64,000 nucleotides of DNA. Origin: an uncultured Planctomycetota bacterium (GTDB lineage: Bacteria > Planctomycetota > Planctomycetia > Isosphaerales > Isosphaeraceae). The notes beneath the pieces are model-generated. The model searched no databases and had not been told where the DNA came from. It saw nothing but the letters and a program-made list of their open reading frames with translations. Position 1 is the first letter of the stretch, and each line of letters opens with the position of its first letter. This document shows, piece after piece, positions 10,668 to 22,086 of this stretch. The position numbers were made by a program, and so were the translations under genes. The DNA lies in NCBI GenBank assembly GCA_963823665.1, contig CAWGMQ010000008.1, positions 1,440,001-1,504,000 of the forward strand, in the 5' to 3' direction.

Positions 10668-13323
10668 ATGACGAGGCGAGCACGATCACGAACGGCATTC
10701 AGGCTGCTGGGTGTGGCCGCTCTGGCGTTAATCACCGCGACTGGAGGTGCAGCCGCCCCGCCCACCGAAGCCAAACCCGAGCTGGTGCTCAAGAAGGGAG
10801 ACCGGATCATCCTGATCGGCAACACCCTCGCCGAGCGCATGCAGTATTTTGGTCATTTTGAGACCTTGCTACACGCCCGCTTTCCCGGGCTCGAGCTCGT
10901 CGTTCACAACCTGGGCTACTCGGCCGACGAGCTCAACCTGCGGCCCCGACAGGCTCACTTCAATGATCATGGCCACACACTCAAGGACGAAAAGCCCGAC
11001 GTCTTGATCGCCGCGTTCGGATTCAACGAGTCGTTCGCAGGGCCGGCCGGCCTGGCGAAATTCAAGAAGGACCTCGAAAACTTCATCAATACGTCGACGT
11101 CGACGAAGTACAACGGCAACGCAGCCCCCCCGGCTCGTGCTCCTCTCGCCGATCGCTCAGGAAGACCTCAAAAACCCGCACATCACCGATGGCAAGCAGA
11201 ACAATGCGAACATCGAGCTCTACAGCCGCGCGATCGAAGATCTTGCCGGCAAACTCGGCGCGGTCTTCGTCGACCTCTTCGGCCCCACCAAGCAGCTTTA
11301 TGGCTCAAGCGACCAGCCGCTCACGATCAACGGCGTGCATCTGAGCGACCTCGGTTACAAACGGCTCGCGCCGATCATGATGGACGCTCTCTTCGGACCG
11401 GCGCCCGAGCCGCCAAAAGCCGATTTGACTGCCCTCTTCGCCGCCGTGCAGGAAAAGAACCTCCAGTTCTTTTACGACTACCGCGCCGTCAACGGCTGCT
11501 ACATCTACGGCGGCCGCAAGGCCCCGTTCGGCGTCGTAAATTTCCCCGCCGAGTTCGCAAAGTTACGCATGATGATCCGGGACCGCGAGCGACGAATATG
11601 GGACGTGGCACAGGGCAAGCCCGTACCCCAGGCAATCGACGACAGCAACACCGGCGACTTCGTCGCCGTAAAGACCAATGTCCGGGCGCCGATCAAGATC
11701 ACCACTCCCTACGAGGAAGCCAAATCGTTCACGCTTCCGGAGGGATACGCGATCAACTTGTTTGCTTCGGAGGTCGAATTCCCCGACCTGGAAGACCCTG
11801 TCTCGATGACCTTTGACTCGAGAGGCCGGCTCTGGGTCACGACCATGCCTTCGTACCCCATGTATCTCCCCGGCAAGAAGCCGAACGACAAGGTTTTGAT
11901 CCTCGAAGACACCAACTCCGACGGAGTGGCCGATCGCTGCAAGGTCTTCGCCGACGAGCTTCACGTTCCAATCGGCATCGAGCTGGGCGACGGCGGCGTC
12001 TATGTCTCGCAAATGCCCAGCTTGATGTTCCTCAAGGATTCCGACGGCGACGATCGCGCTGATTCGCGCGAGCTCGTCATGCACGGGTTCGATACCGCCG
12101 ATTCGCATCATGCGATGCACGCCTTTACGTGGGACCCGGGTGGTGCGCTCCACTGGCAGGAAGGCACCTTCCACTACTCGCAGGTCGAAACGCCCTACGG
12201 CCCCAGGCGGTGCAACGAGGCCGGTATCTTCCGCTGGGAGCCCAGGACGAAGAAGTTCGACGTGTTTGTTTCCTACGGCTTCGCCAACCCGTGGGGGCAT
12301 TACATCGACCGCTGGGGCCAGAACTTCGTGGCCGACGCCTCGGGCGGGGCCAATTACTACGGGACCGCTTTCTCCGGCCAGGTGATCTACCCGCAGAAAC
12401 ACGGCGGCATGAAACAGTTCTTCCCGATGCAGTGGCGGCCCACGTGCGGCTGCGAGCTGGTTTACAACCGGCACTTTCCTGACGACACCCAGGGCGACTA
12501 TCTGCTCAACAACGACATCGGTTTTCAGGGCATCCTGAGGTATCGCGTCAAGGAAGACGGCTCGGGCTTCTCCGGCACGCCGGTCGAGCCGCTGCTCAAG
12601 TCGTCCGATCCAAACTTCCGTCCAGTCGCGCTCCAGTTCGGCCCGGACGGGGCCTTGTACGTCGTCGATTGGTTCAACCCCCTGGTCGGCCACATGCAGC
12701 ACTCCCTGCGCGACCCCAACCGCGACCACACCCGCGGGCGCATCTGGCGCATCACCTATCCCAAGCGACCGTTGCTCGAGCCTGCCAAGGTTGCAGGCGC
12801 CACGGTGCCCGAGCTGCTCGACCTGCTCAAAGTCTACGAAGATCGAGTGCGCTATCGCGCCCGCCGCGAGCTGCGCGAGCGGCCCGAGCAAGAAGTCTTG
12901 AAGTCTCTCGAAACCTGGATCGCCCACCTCGATAGGAGCGACCCCGAATACTGGCGGCAGATGCTCGAGGCACTCTGGCTCCGTCAGAGTCTCGACCAGA
13001 TCGACGAGAAGCTTCTCAAACAGATTCTCACCTGCCCGGAGCCGAAGGCCCGCGCCGCGGCAACCCGCGTCGTCTGCTACTGGCGCGACCGCGTCGCCGA
13101 GCCACTCGAGCTCTTGCGCAAGCAGGTCAACGACGACCACCCTCGCGTCCGGCTCGAAGCCGTTCGCGCCTTGAGCTTCTTCGAGGGGCCCGCGGTCGCC
13201 AAAGCGCAGGAGGTCGCGCTCGAATCGCTCTTGCACCAACAGGACGAATATCTCGAATACACGCTCAACGAAACCACCAAGACACTCGACCGGCGCGCCA
13301 AAGACCAGGGAGCGACCAGGTAA
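10668..13323 (+). CDS. PVC-type membrane-bound dehydrogenase-domain protein: signal peptide, SGNH/GDSL-like domain, beta-propeller, HEAT repeats; apparent frameshift in C-run near 11130
   Basis: IGNTLAERM, GFNES, INGVH (SGNH-like); INLFASE, FDSRGRLWV, FGPDGALYVVDW, RGRIWRI; HEAT-like repeats. Confidence 0.85.
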
Positions 13324-13347
13324 CTCGGGACCAGACGGCGGAGTAGC

Positions 13348-15165
13348 GTGATGTCGTCGCTAAATGGGATCGCAAAGCTCTATCTGGCTGCGGCCCTTTC
13401 CATCGCCCTGATATCGGCAACCAGCGCCCTCGCTCGCCCATCAAGCGAACCCGCCCCGCCCGACGACAGCCCGATGGTGAAGCTGCTCAAGAGCAAGCGC
13501 GTCCCCGAGGATCGCCAGGGCACGGTCGTCGAGCTGATCGGTAAACGAGGAACCGCCGACGATCTCGCATTCATCTACGGGCAGACAATCGCCGCGGACG
13601 GGTTCGCCCCTTCCGTGCGAGTCAAGGCTCTCGAGGCCCTGGCCGCCGCCGCCGCCAATCGCAATCTCAAGCCGCCCGCAGGCCTTGATAAGCTCTTGCC
13701 TCTGGTCCAGCGTGCGACATCAGAATCAGGAGCATCGGTCGGAAGAGCTGCAATACGCTTGGCGGGCATCTGGAAGCTCGAGCCGGCAACGAAGTCACTC
13801 GCCGAGATCGCCCGATCGGAAAGCGTCGACGAATCCCTGAGAGCCGGCGCATTCGACGCCCTCGCAACAATCGGCGGCAAGGCCGGCTCGGCCCCGATCG
13901 AAGCCCTCGCCGGCGAAAACTCACCGCAAGCCACGCGGCTCCTGGCCATCGCCGCCCTCGCCAAGCTCGATCTGAACGGCGCTGCCACGCGCGCTGCGGA
14001 GTTTCTCTCCAGGCCACCCCAGCCCGGCCGCAACCTCGTCCCCCTCTTGCAAGCCTTTCTCGACCGGCAGGGCGGTTCCGAAATGCTGGCGAAGGTAGTC
14101 GGCGGCCGCACCATCCCGCCTGATTCAGCCAAGCTCGCCCTGAGAGCCGTCTACACGCTAGGCCGATCAGACCAGGCGCTCGTGGAAACACTTTCTCGAG
14201 CCGCCGGCATCGCCGAGCTCAGCAAGCCGCTCTCGGCGACCGAGCTCAGCAACATGGTCTCCGAAGTCGCCGCCAATGGAGACCCGGCACGCGGCGAAAA
14301 CGTCTTCCGCCGCTCCGACTTGAACTGCATGAGCTGCCACGCCATTTCCAAGGCCGGCGGGGATGTCGGCCCGGATCTGAACGCCGTCGGCTCGATCTCA
14401 CCGCCGGACTATATCATCAACTCGATATTGAACCCCGACCAGGCCATCAAGGAGCAATACAACACGCTGGTGGTCCTGACCGTCGAGGGGCAGGTTTTCC
14501 AGGGAATCGTCACCGACAAAGACGACCAGCGCGTCGTCCTCAAGGACGCCACGGGAGCAACCCGCGTCGTCCCCGCGGCATCCATCGAAGACCAGAAGAC
14601 CGGCGGGTCGCTCATGCCCAAGGGCCTGGCCAATCTGATGACCCGCGGCGAATTCCTCGACCTCGTCCGCTTCCTCTCCGAGCTCGGCAAGCCCGGACCC
14701 TATGCGATTCGCCCGGTCCCCGCCATCCAGCGCTGGCAGGTCCTCAAAGAAGTCTCGGACGACCTCGCGAAGTCCGTTCCCGAAGCCGGCATGTTTCGCG
14801 ATCAGGTCAAGGGCGCTCCACCCGAAAAGTGGGCCGTGGCCTACGCCAAGGCCGACGGCTCGCTGCCGCTGGACGAGTTGAGATCAAAGAATAGCGGCGA
14901 CGTGCTCTATCTACAGGGCGCGATCGATGTCTCGGCGGCCGGCGCCGTGAAGATCGATGCTGACTCCGCCACTGGGGCCCGGCTCTGGTTTGACGAAACC
15001 GCCGCGACGCCAGGATCAGCTTCGTTGACCTTACCGGTCGCAACAGGCCGGCATTCAATCACCGTCAGAGTGGATACGCACACCCGCCCGTCGCGCACGA
15101 TCCGCATCCAGGTGGCGAAGCCTCCGGGTTCCACGGCCGAGTTCACCGTGGTCGGCGGTCGATGA
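13348..15165 (+). CDS. Secreted HEAT-repeat protein with PVC-type c-type heme-binding domain
   Basis: Signal peptide; GDPARGENVF, CMSCH heme motif, GPDL, SILNP, SLMPKGL. Confidence 0.88.
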   Translation: MMSSLNGIAKLYLAAALSIALISATSALARPSSEPAPPDDSPMVKLLKSKRVPEDRQGTVVELIGKRGTADDLAFIYGQTIAADGFAPSVRVKALEALAAAAANRNLKPPAGLDKLLPLVQRATSESGASVGRAAIRLAGIWKLEPATKSLAEIARSESVDESLRAGAFDALATIGGKAGSAPIEALAGENSPQATRLLAIAALAKLDLNGAATRAAEFLSRPPQPGRNLVPLLQAFLDRQGGSEMLAKVVGGRTIPPDSAKLALRAVYTLGRSDQALVETLSRAAGIAELSKPLSATELSNMVSEVAANGDPARGENVFRRSDLNCMSCHAISKAGGDVGPDLNAVGSISPPDYIINSILNPDQAIKEQYNTLVVLTVEGQVFQGIVTDKDDQRVVLKDATGATRVVPAASIEDQKTGGSLMPKGLANLMTRGEFLDLVRFLSELGKPGPYAIRPVPAIQRWQVLKEVSDDLAKSVPEAGMFRDQVKGAPPEKWAVAYAKADGSLPLDELRSKNSGDVLYLQGAIDVSAAGAVKIDADSATGARLWFDETAATPGSASLTLPVATGRHSITVRVDTHTRPSRTIRIQVAKPPGSTAEFTVVGGR

Positions 15166-15274
15166 AAGCCCGTCGCCGGCTTGAACCGGTCGGCGAAGAG
15201 CCACCGCTCGCTCAGGAACAGGCCGGAATTAACCTCTCGATTTCGGTATTCACCCCACCACCAACGAAACCCCT

Positions 15275-15299
15275 CGTTCCGACGCTCCGCGTCGGAACG
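15275..15299. repeat. REP-like perfect hairpin between convergent genes
   Basis: CGTTCCGACGC-TCC-GCGTCGGAACG, 11-bp perfect stem. Confidence 0.75.
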
Positions 15300-15464
15300 G
15301 TGTTTGTGCCGCTCCGCGGCGCGCTCGACGTAAGTCGGCGGAAATGGTTTCCGGCCCGTTCCTTGCGCGTCAAGAGAGCACACGTGCGCCGAAGCGAACA
15401 GGTCCGGACGAATCCGGACCAGATCGCTGCTGAATGCACGACCGACTTCATCTCTGCCGAAACG

Positions 15465-17822
15465 TCACTCACTCTTTTTCTCGCCATCTTTGGGCTTGCG
15501 AATCTCTCCCTCCCCAAAGAAGGTCTTGAGCTGAGTTTCGCTGTTGATGAGGGCAAAGTTCTCGAACGTTGCCGAGTACGGTTTGTCCGAGATATTGCTG
15601 GCACACAAGCCGATCTTGAGCTTCGAATTGAAGCCGACCTCGACTTCTTGCAGCGGCAGGGGCGGCGAAGTCAGGTCTTGACTGAACCCAGCCTGCACGC
15701 GATCCTTTCGTCGCCTCAGAACGAGATAGACCGTTCCCTCGGGCACGGGCGGATACACCTGGTTCTCCACGTGTTTTCCGTCCTTCACAACCTCGAAGAG
15801 CACCTTGTGAATCGGGTGCAAGTCGTCAAGGGAAACGCCCGCCGTGCGCTCGACCCTGACGAAGTTGTTTATGTCCTGATAGAGAATCAGGCCCGCTCCC
15901 TGGAACGTGAATTGCAGGTCGTTGCCCACGCGATCCTTGGGCAGCTTTGCGCCCGGAGCCATCTCGCCGGTGACCTCGACCATGGCGGCGAAGTCGCCTT
16001 CCACGTCAATCAGGGTCATCGGGGCGTTGTGCAGCGGCTTCTTCTTGTTGGCCCGCTGGCGGATCAAAGGCGCCAGCGTACGAATCTTGCCGCCAGGAAC
16101 GGTAATCTTGATCTTCAGGTCATCTTCATCCTTGACCAGCTTGCAGTCGTTTTCGGGATCGATCAGCGGACCGAGCATCGTGATGCTCGCGCGCTCGAGT
16201 TCCTTCAGCATTTGCATGACTTCGCGCAAGTCGTGGATCGGGCCGGGCTTCTTGGGCAGTTCGATCTCCTTGGGCTTGGCATAGACCAGCTTGCCCTGAA
16301 GATCGCGGTGCGCCATCTGAATGACGATCTTTCGCGCCGCGTCTCCTGTGCCACTGAGCGCAACCTGCACATTCCCGGCCGCCATCGCGAACTTGGGATC
16401 GCGCTGGAGCTGGACGGCCGTGGTATTGGGCAACGGCGGCCATGTCCCGTCGCCATTGGGGCTGACCGACCCGGCCGAAGCCGGCGCGACGTGAATCAGA
16501 ACATCCTTCACCTTGGCCTTGGGATCGACGATCTGCGCCTTGATCTGGAGGCTCGCGCTGCTCGCCTGGATGTCCTTTAGCTCCATCATCAGACCACCGA
16601 CGCGGCCCGCGAGTGCCCCGCGAAGCTCGTCCGCCGGTACAACGAAGCCAATCGTATCGACCGACCCCATCTTGGCCACCACAACGCCGACGAATTTCCC
16701 GGTCTTTTCCTCGACAACCGGACCGCCGCTATTGCCCGGTTGCATTGAGCCGTCAACCTGATACAGGTCCAGCAGCCCGAAATCGTCTTTCACGAGCCGG
16801 GAAATCCGTCCACCGGTGATCGTCACTCCCGGATTGCCTTTGCTTTCATTCACTTTGGACAAAATCCCGCCGAACGGGAAACCCGCAGCGGTGTAAGCCA
16901 TTCCTTCGGTCGCGTCGGACTTCTTGAGCACGTCGAGCGGCTTGGGCGGCCTCTTGACATCATTGACGACGAGGAAAGCCAGGTCCTTGCTGATATTGCC
17001 CGAGCTGTCTGCTGCAATGATCTGGGCCGGGTGAGATTCTTCCTGATTCGGGCCCTGCGCACTCCGGAACACAGCCTCGATCTCGATCGTGGCCCCTTTG
17101 GGTACCAGCCGCGCTGGCAACTCGGAGAGGTCCGTGTCCACGACATGCCGGTTGGTCGCCACGACCACTTGGCTTCCCCGCACATCGATCACAAACCCAC
17201 TACCAGATGCGAAAGTCTTGCCCGCGATCTTGTTCTTCAAGTAGACGGTCGCATCCTTCAAACGCCGGGCGACCTCAATGCTATCGAGCACCGGACTCGG
17301 CGCCACAGCATCAGGGGTCTCTGCAACGGCGACCGTGCGCGTGATGACCGGCGCTGCCGGCTCGGGTGCCGGAATGTTTGCCACCGCCTGGCCTTGAGCG
17401 GGCGGGTTCGCCGGGCCGTTTCCGCGCATGAGGACAACAACCAGAATTCCGAGCAGCAGCACCGCGACACCGCCAATTCCACCCACGACGAAGATCATCG
17501 GCGACTGGCCCGATCCTTGAGCGGGCTGTCCCCTGGTTGGCTGCGCGGCCGCAATCGAGCGACGCGAGCCCGTGCTCCCGACAGGCGGAAGCTGCTCGAC
17601 CTCCTCGAGGTCCGCGTAAGCGGATGAGCGGGGCTTGGCGGCCGCCGGCCGCGGACCGGCCGACGACCCTGGTTTCTTCATCGCGGCGGACGAAGTCCCG
17701 CCCGACGCACCCTTCACGTCGAACATCTCGCCGCACTTCGGGCAGCGAATCCGCGCTGCCTTCGACTCGTCAGGAATCGAGCCCTTCGACTGGCATGAAG
17801 GGCAGATCACAACCTTGGCCAC
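15465..17822 (-). CDS. Membrane-anchored trypsin-like serine protease with N-terminal zinc ribbon and C-terminal beta-sandwich (DUF1349-like)
   Basis: CPSC...CPKC, TM helix, catalytic triad TNRH / DLA / GNSGGP; GTG start after GGAGG. Confidence 0.85.
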   Translation of the reverse strand: MAKVVICPSCQSKGSIPDESKAARIRCPKCGEMFDVKGASGGTSSAAMKKPGSSAGPRPAAAKPRSSAYADLEEVEQLPPVGSTGSRRSIAAAQPTRGQPAQGSGQSPMIFVVGGIGGVAVLLLGILVVVLMRGNGPANPPAQGQAVANIPAPEPAAPVITRTVAVAETPDAVAPSPVLDSIEVARRLKDATVYLKNKIAGKTFASGSGFVIDVRGSQVVVATNRHVVDTDLSELPARLVPKGATIEIEAVFRSAQGPNQEESHPAQIIAADSSGNISKDLAFLVVNDVKRPPKPLDVLKKSDATEGMAYTAAGFPFGGILSKVNESKGNPGVTITGGRISRLVKDDFGLLDLYQVDGSMQPGNSGGPVVEEKTGKFVGVVVAKMGSVDTIGFVVPADELRGALAGRVGGLMMELKDIQASSASLQIKAQIVDPKAKVKDVLIHVAPASAGSVSPNGDGTWPPLPNTTAVQLQRDPKFAMAAGNVQVALSGTGDAARKIVIQMAHRDLQGKLVYAKPKEIELPKKPGPIHDLREVMQMLKELERASITMLGPLIDPENDCKLVKDEDDLKIKITVPGGKIRTLAPLIRQRANKKKPLHNAPMTLIDVEGDFAAMVEVTGEMAPGAKLPKDRVGNDLQFTFQGAGLILYQDINNFVRVERTAGVSLDDLHPIHKVLFEVVKDGKHVENQVYPPVPEGTVYLVLRRRKDRVQAGFSQDLTSPPLPLQEVEVGFNSKLKIGLCASNISDKPYSATFENFALINSETQLKTFFGEGEIRKPKDGEKKSE

Positions 17823-18138
17823 GGTGCGCCCTCCTGTTGATGACTGATAAGATGATGTGTACTCTGCCGTCGAGACGCGAACGAGCGCGATCCGGCTCAA
17901 AGAACTGCTAGGCGCGGATCGCGCGTAACGTGCACTTTGCCATTTCAACCAGTTCCGCCCAAGGCTGCAACGATGTTCTGCCGGAAGTCTCAAAACACCC
18001 CTGATCGATTCCGGCCACTCAACCGACTTCTGGCCGTCACAGAAGCTTCGCGCAGCCCAGGTTTCCGGGCAGGGCGTAGCTTCCGCCGATCCGGCCAAGA
18101 TATCCTGAAGCCAGTCGAGCCTTGAGGAGCGCGTGCAC

Positions 18139-19416
18139 ATGGGCGTCACCATTCACTATCGCGGCCAAATGGCCGATCTCGCTCGCATCGAAGATTTCGA
18201 AGACCGCTTGATCGACTTCGCACTCGAGTTCGGCGGCCAGGCCCAGATCTGGCGAACCTGGGCCGACGACAACCCCGAGCGGTTAGTCCGCGGTGTGATC
18301 CTTGAGCTCGCACCGGGCCAGGAGTCGACCAGTCTGCTCATCTCCCCCGAGGGCTGGCTGATCGGATTGCTCGAAATTCAAGATGCCGAAGAAGGGCGGC
18401 TCGCCGGAGCCCCCCTGGGTCTCCACCAAGACCCAGTTCGGCCCCCTCGAAGGCCATGTGGCGCTCGTCGAGATGTTCGCCGCGCTCAAGCGCGAGTTCC
18501 TGCCCGATCTCGAAGTCTCGGACGAGGGAGGCTACTGGGAAACGCGCGACCTGGCCGAGCTGATCCGCAGACGAACGTTCATCGACGGAGCAATCGACGC
18601 CTTGGCCAAAGGGCTCAAGCAATTCGGACTCAGCGCCGAAGCGGCCGAGGATCCGGAAATCCTGGCACGACACGTCGAGCGGGTCGCGGCACACGTTCAT
18701 CGCAGCCTCGGCCGCCCGGCCGAACACCCCCCGGTGGAGTTCGACGACGAAGACTCGGCGGACGCGGATGCGACAGAGAAGCAATGGGACGAGCTCTACA
18801 AGCACAATCGCCGCCAGCAGGAACGACTGCGCGCGCCATCGAAGAGCTCACGAGCCGTGGCCTCGACTACAAAACAGCGTTCGAACAGGCCATGCGCGAG
18901 ATCGTACCCGAGCTCCCCGAAGACGACCGCGAGCCTGCCGAGGCGCAGTGGCTCGACGACGACCAGGATTCGTTTGAATCACTCGAAGACGACATCGCAG
19001 GGCAGGGCACCGGCTTCGACGAATCCGACGACGATCTGCCGGCCGAACGCCATCCACTCTTACAAAAGGCGACGGACTTCTACGTCGGTCTCGATAAGCT
19101 CCTCCCCGAAGACGACCCGCCACTTGCTCCTCTGGTGCGAACACTTTACCAAGGTGCCGGAGAAATGGTGGGCGGCCTGGCTCAGGCCCTGTCCAGAGCC
19201 GAAGCAGGCGCCGTCGACCCCGGCCTCCGCCTCGTTCAGCTCAAGCGCGCCCTGCGCGGCGTCGCATTCGCCCGCGGCGCCGTGTTCCCGCTCCGATCGA
19301 CCTTGGGAAAAGAAGAGTCTGACAAGCTCTTCGCCACGCTCGAGAAAATGACTTCAGAGATCGTCTCCGAAATCGGCAAGCTTCGATCCCAGCTCGCAGG
19401 CGATGATTCCACGTAA
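18139..19416 (+). CDS. Hypothetical protein; apparent frameshifts near 18410 and 18835
   Basis: MGVTIHYRG..., then PPWVSTKTQFG...VSDEGGYWETRD in a second frame, then back to the first frame; coherent acidic protein. Confidence 0.65.
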   Translation: MGVTIHYRGQMADLARIEDFEDRLIDFALEFGGQAQIWRTWADDNPERLVRGVILELAPGQESTSLLISPEGWLIGLLEIQDAEEGRLAGAPLGLHQDPVRPPRRPCGARRDVRRAQARVPARSRSLGRGRLLGNARPGRADPQTNVHRRSNRRLGQRAQAIRTQRRSGRGSGNPGTTRRAGRGTRSSQPRPPGRTPPGGVRRRRLGGRGCDREAMGRALQAQSPPAGTTARAIEELTSRGLDYKTAFEQAMREIVPELPEDDREPAEAQWLDDDQDSFESLEDDIAGQGTGFDESDDDLPAERHPLLQKATDFYVGLDKLLPEDDPPLAPLVRTLYQGAGEMVGGLAQALSRAEAGAVDPGLRLVQLKRALRGVAFARGAVFPLRSTLGKEESDKLFATLEKMTSEIVSEIGKLRSQLAGDDST

Positions 19417-19499
19417 GAGGCACCTCCGCGTGCCGACCCTCATTTTTGCCAACCCTGATTCGGCAGCCGCCCCCCATGCAACACCGTTGCGCCCCCCCG

Positions 19500-19625
19500 A
19501 AAACGCCGTCATGGCCGTCAGCGCCTTACAGGGCTTGGAGTTACGTCTGACGGCACGCCTTTGGCCCTGACCGCTGTTTTGAAGTATCGTCTTGCGCTTA
19601 ATAGACTTACGCCTGACGGCGTTTT
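19500..19625. repeat. Cluster of GCCGTCA/TGACGGC direct and inverted repeats (iteron/ori-like)
   Basis: GCCGTCA 19505 and 19514; TGACGGC 19548 and 19614; TGACCGC 19568; AAAACGCCGTCA / TGACGGCGTTTT inverted pair. Confidence 0.6.
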
Positions 19626-19628
19626 TGT

Positions 19629-21107
19629 CTAATCCCCCGTTTTTCGGATGGTGATCCGCCGGTTCTTGTAATCTCTCTCGAACAAGATGAACATTCCCCG
19701 GCTGCGAAGTGCCGGCGCGATGCGCCGCAGCTCGTTCGTCAAACCCGATGGTGTTTTGGGCCAACGGGCGAGCGAGCCCCGCTTCTTACCCACCATTTCG
19801 TTGAGTTCTTCGAGCAACTGAGTCGCCGTTCCCCGCCACTTGATCCCATAGCGTGCTCCTTCGAGTAGGGCAGTCGCCACGCTCGACTCTTCAATCTGCG
19901 TCGCCGTCGCTTCCTTTCGATTCCCTTTGTAGGCGGAAAGCATGGTCCCCGGTTTCCAGCCCAGCGCCCGTCCGACTGCTTCGCCGAACGCCGCAAAGTC
20001 AGCCATGCGCGGCAGCTTCGGAACATTCACCGAAGGCAACTCGCGCAGTCCACCGGCGACCGCGTCAAAGAGTGCTCCAAGAATCCGCGGCTGGTCACTC
20101 AGGAACGCGGCCCAGAACTGATCCTCGCGCCGACGATTGACCGCCCGGATCGGCGCCAGCCGCAGAACAACCGTACGGTCGCTCAAATCGCCACGCCGAA
20201 CAAACTCTTCGATTCCGTTCAAGATCACCGGTCGCTGCGCATGCACACACGTCCGCTGGGTATTTGAAAACAGCGCCCGGCCCGCGAAGCCTCCTCCCGT
20301 CGCCAGCAGGCAAAGCCCATCCGAGAGCCACGAGGAAATCACACCGATGTTGTCGTACGCAAGCAGCCAGCCGTTCACCGCGGTGACCATCATGTCGCGA
20401 GTGCTGCGAGGCTCGGAGAGCAGAGGCGCCGATTGCGGGTCGATCAAGAGCCGCACGATTTTGGCCAGCGTGCTCTTCGCCGAGCCCTGTTCACCGTAAA
20501 GCGCCAGGATCGGGTACGGCCCCGCTGGCCGCAATGCCGCCGCCATCCAGACGACCAGCAGCCGAAAATCGCGATCGCACAGGTTGACATACGGCCGAAG
20601 CAATTCGATCGACCCTCCGCGAACAGGCAACGGCAGCGGCAACTGCCCTCCCGGCCTCTCGAACTGCACGCCGGGCCTTCCGACAACGCTCCATCCGCCG
20701 GCCCCAATCTCGACCGCCTGCCCGCTCGAGTCGCCGAGGTCAACGTAATAAACCGGATCGCCGTTCCCTCCGCCGCCACCAGAGCCGACACGCACGAAAA
20801 TGGACGGCGTGCCCCCATCAAACCGTGCAAACGCCTCGAGCGCCCCGAGCACGCGCCGCACGGCGTCGTTCGAAGGCAGCTTCTGGCATTCGCGGAAATA
20901 ACCCCCGATAAGCCAGTCGCGAAACGCGCCCGACCTGAGCTCATAAACCTCACTCCGGTTGTCGACAGGAACCCGCGCAAACAACCGCCCATCCGTCGAC
21001 CGGAAAAACTGCGCACGCTCCGCCAGCCGCATGAGTCTCTCGACCGGCTCTTCAACGACGAGAGTCGTCGTCGCGATGTCCTCGGTATGTGCAGTGTCGA
21101 CCGTCAT
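19629..21107 (-). CDS. P-loop ATPase of the mobile-element primase/helicase type
   Basis: Walker A GEQGSAKST, Walker-B-like LAYDN, RPVILNGI, DLSDR, PRMADF, WPKTP C-terminal domain. Confidence 0.7.
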   Translation of the reverse strand: MTVDTAHTEDIATTTLVVEEPVERLMRLAERAQFFRSTDGRLFARVPVDNRSEVYELRSGAFRDWLIGGYFRECQKLPSNDAVRRVLGALEAFARFDGGTPSIFVRVGSGGGGGNGDPVYYVDLGDSSGQAVEIGAGGWSVVGRPGVQFERPGGQLPLPLPVRGGSIELLRPYVNLCDRDFRLLVVWMAAALRPAGPYPILALYGEQGSAKSTLAKIVRLLIDPQSAPLLSEPRSTRDMMVTAVNGWLLAYDNIGVISSWLSDGLCLLATGGGFAGRALFSNTQRTCVHAQRPVILNGIEEFVRRGDLSDRTVVLRLAPIRAVNRRREDQFWAAFLSDQPRILGALFDAVAGGLRELPSVNVPKLPRMADFAAFGEAVGRALGWKPGTMLSAYKGNRKEATATQIEESSVATALLEGARYGIKWRGTATQLLEELNEMVGKKRGSLARWPKTPSGLTNELRRIAPALRSRGMFILFERDYKNRRITIRKTGD

Positions 21108-22027
21108 CGTAACTTCCGTCTCCCAATCTGCTCTGACGGCCTTGCGCCAGAAGGCGAGCTCCGCCACGCCCCTCGCCGCGCAATTCCCGCCGGCCACCGC
21201 CCATCCTCGTCATCTCCGGCAGACCCGCTACAAGTCCCAAGTAGGGCTTCACTCCCAATCATCGGCCGCTCAGCCCTCCGAGATTCGTTTTAAGGCGTAT
21301 ATAAGCCTTTTTAACGTTCAAACTGCCCACCCCGATCGACCACTTCGTTTTGTATATTCGCCGCGCGTTCTTACGCCACAAGGATTAAGGGAACACATTT
21401 GCTCGGTCGAGATGGCGAGCGACGGTCCGAATTCGAAGCCAAAACCTCGCCTGTGACCACGTCCCGTTTGGTCCAAAATCGCCACGGAGTGTCTCACGCC
21501 AGGATTCCAGTTGGCTGCCCTCCGCAAGTGCCCATGCGAAAAGGGTTTTGGCGGATCCCTCAACCCTTTGCCCTTGATAAGAAATGATAATCCATGATTA
21601 AAGAACGGAGAATCGCGCCCTCCTCCTCGTTCAGAGTTCGGCGGGAAAACCCTGCGCTCACCGGATGACATGGTAAACCTGCGTGACGCTGCGCAGACGT
21701 CCCGCCGAGCGGTAAAACCTGCCTGGAGTTCGAAGCGAATCTCAGCCTCTTTGCCGCCGGATCGTCGACACCGAATTCCGCCGATAAGGCCCGCTTTTGA
21801 TCCGCCCACGCAGTCCCTCGAATCGGCCCGGTCTTGGGTTCGTTCGCGCATTTCAGCCACGTTGTCAAGTCACCTTTCGTGGGTGTTTTCGTGATCTAAC
21901 CTTCACTCTAATTCCTGGTTACGCATTTCCGACCACCTGAGCTGCGTTGGGTTCGTTCGTCACATTCTGCGGCTCACAGGATTGGCGTTTCTGGAGCAGC
22001 CAGACCTGGGGTGCCCGAGTGATTTTG

Positions 22028-22086
22028 CTCCCGGGAGGGCGAAGCTCCTGCTGAGCCTCCCGGGAGGGCGAAGCTCCTGCTGAGCC
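22028..22086. repeat. Tandem REP-like unit CTCCCGGGAGGGCGAAGCTCCTGCTGAGC(C) x2
   Basis: Two adjacent identical ~29-nt units read directly. Confidence 0.8.

Noticed and set aside
11563..13239. Long antisense ORFs (also 358-1716, 15162-16580, 50009-51409)
   Set aside because: Shadow ORFs opposite well-supported genes, as expected in high-GC DNA; no motifs.
22028..22086. Possible CRISPR repeat
   Set aside because: Two directly abutting units with no spacer.
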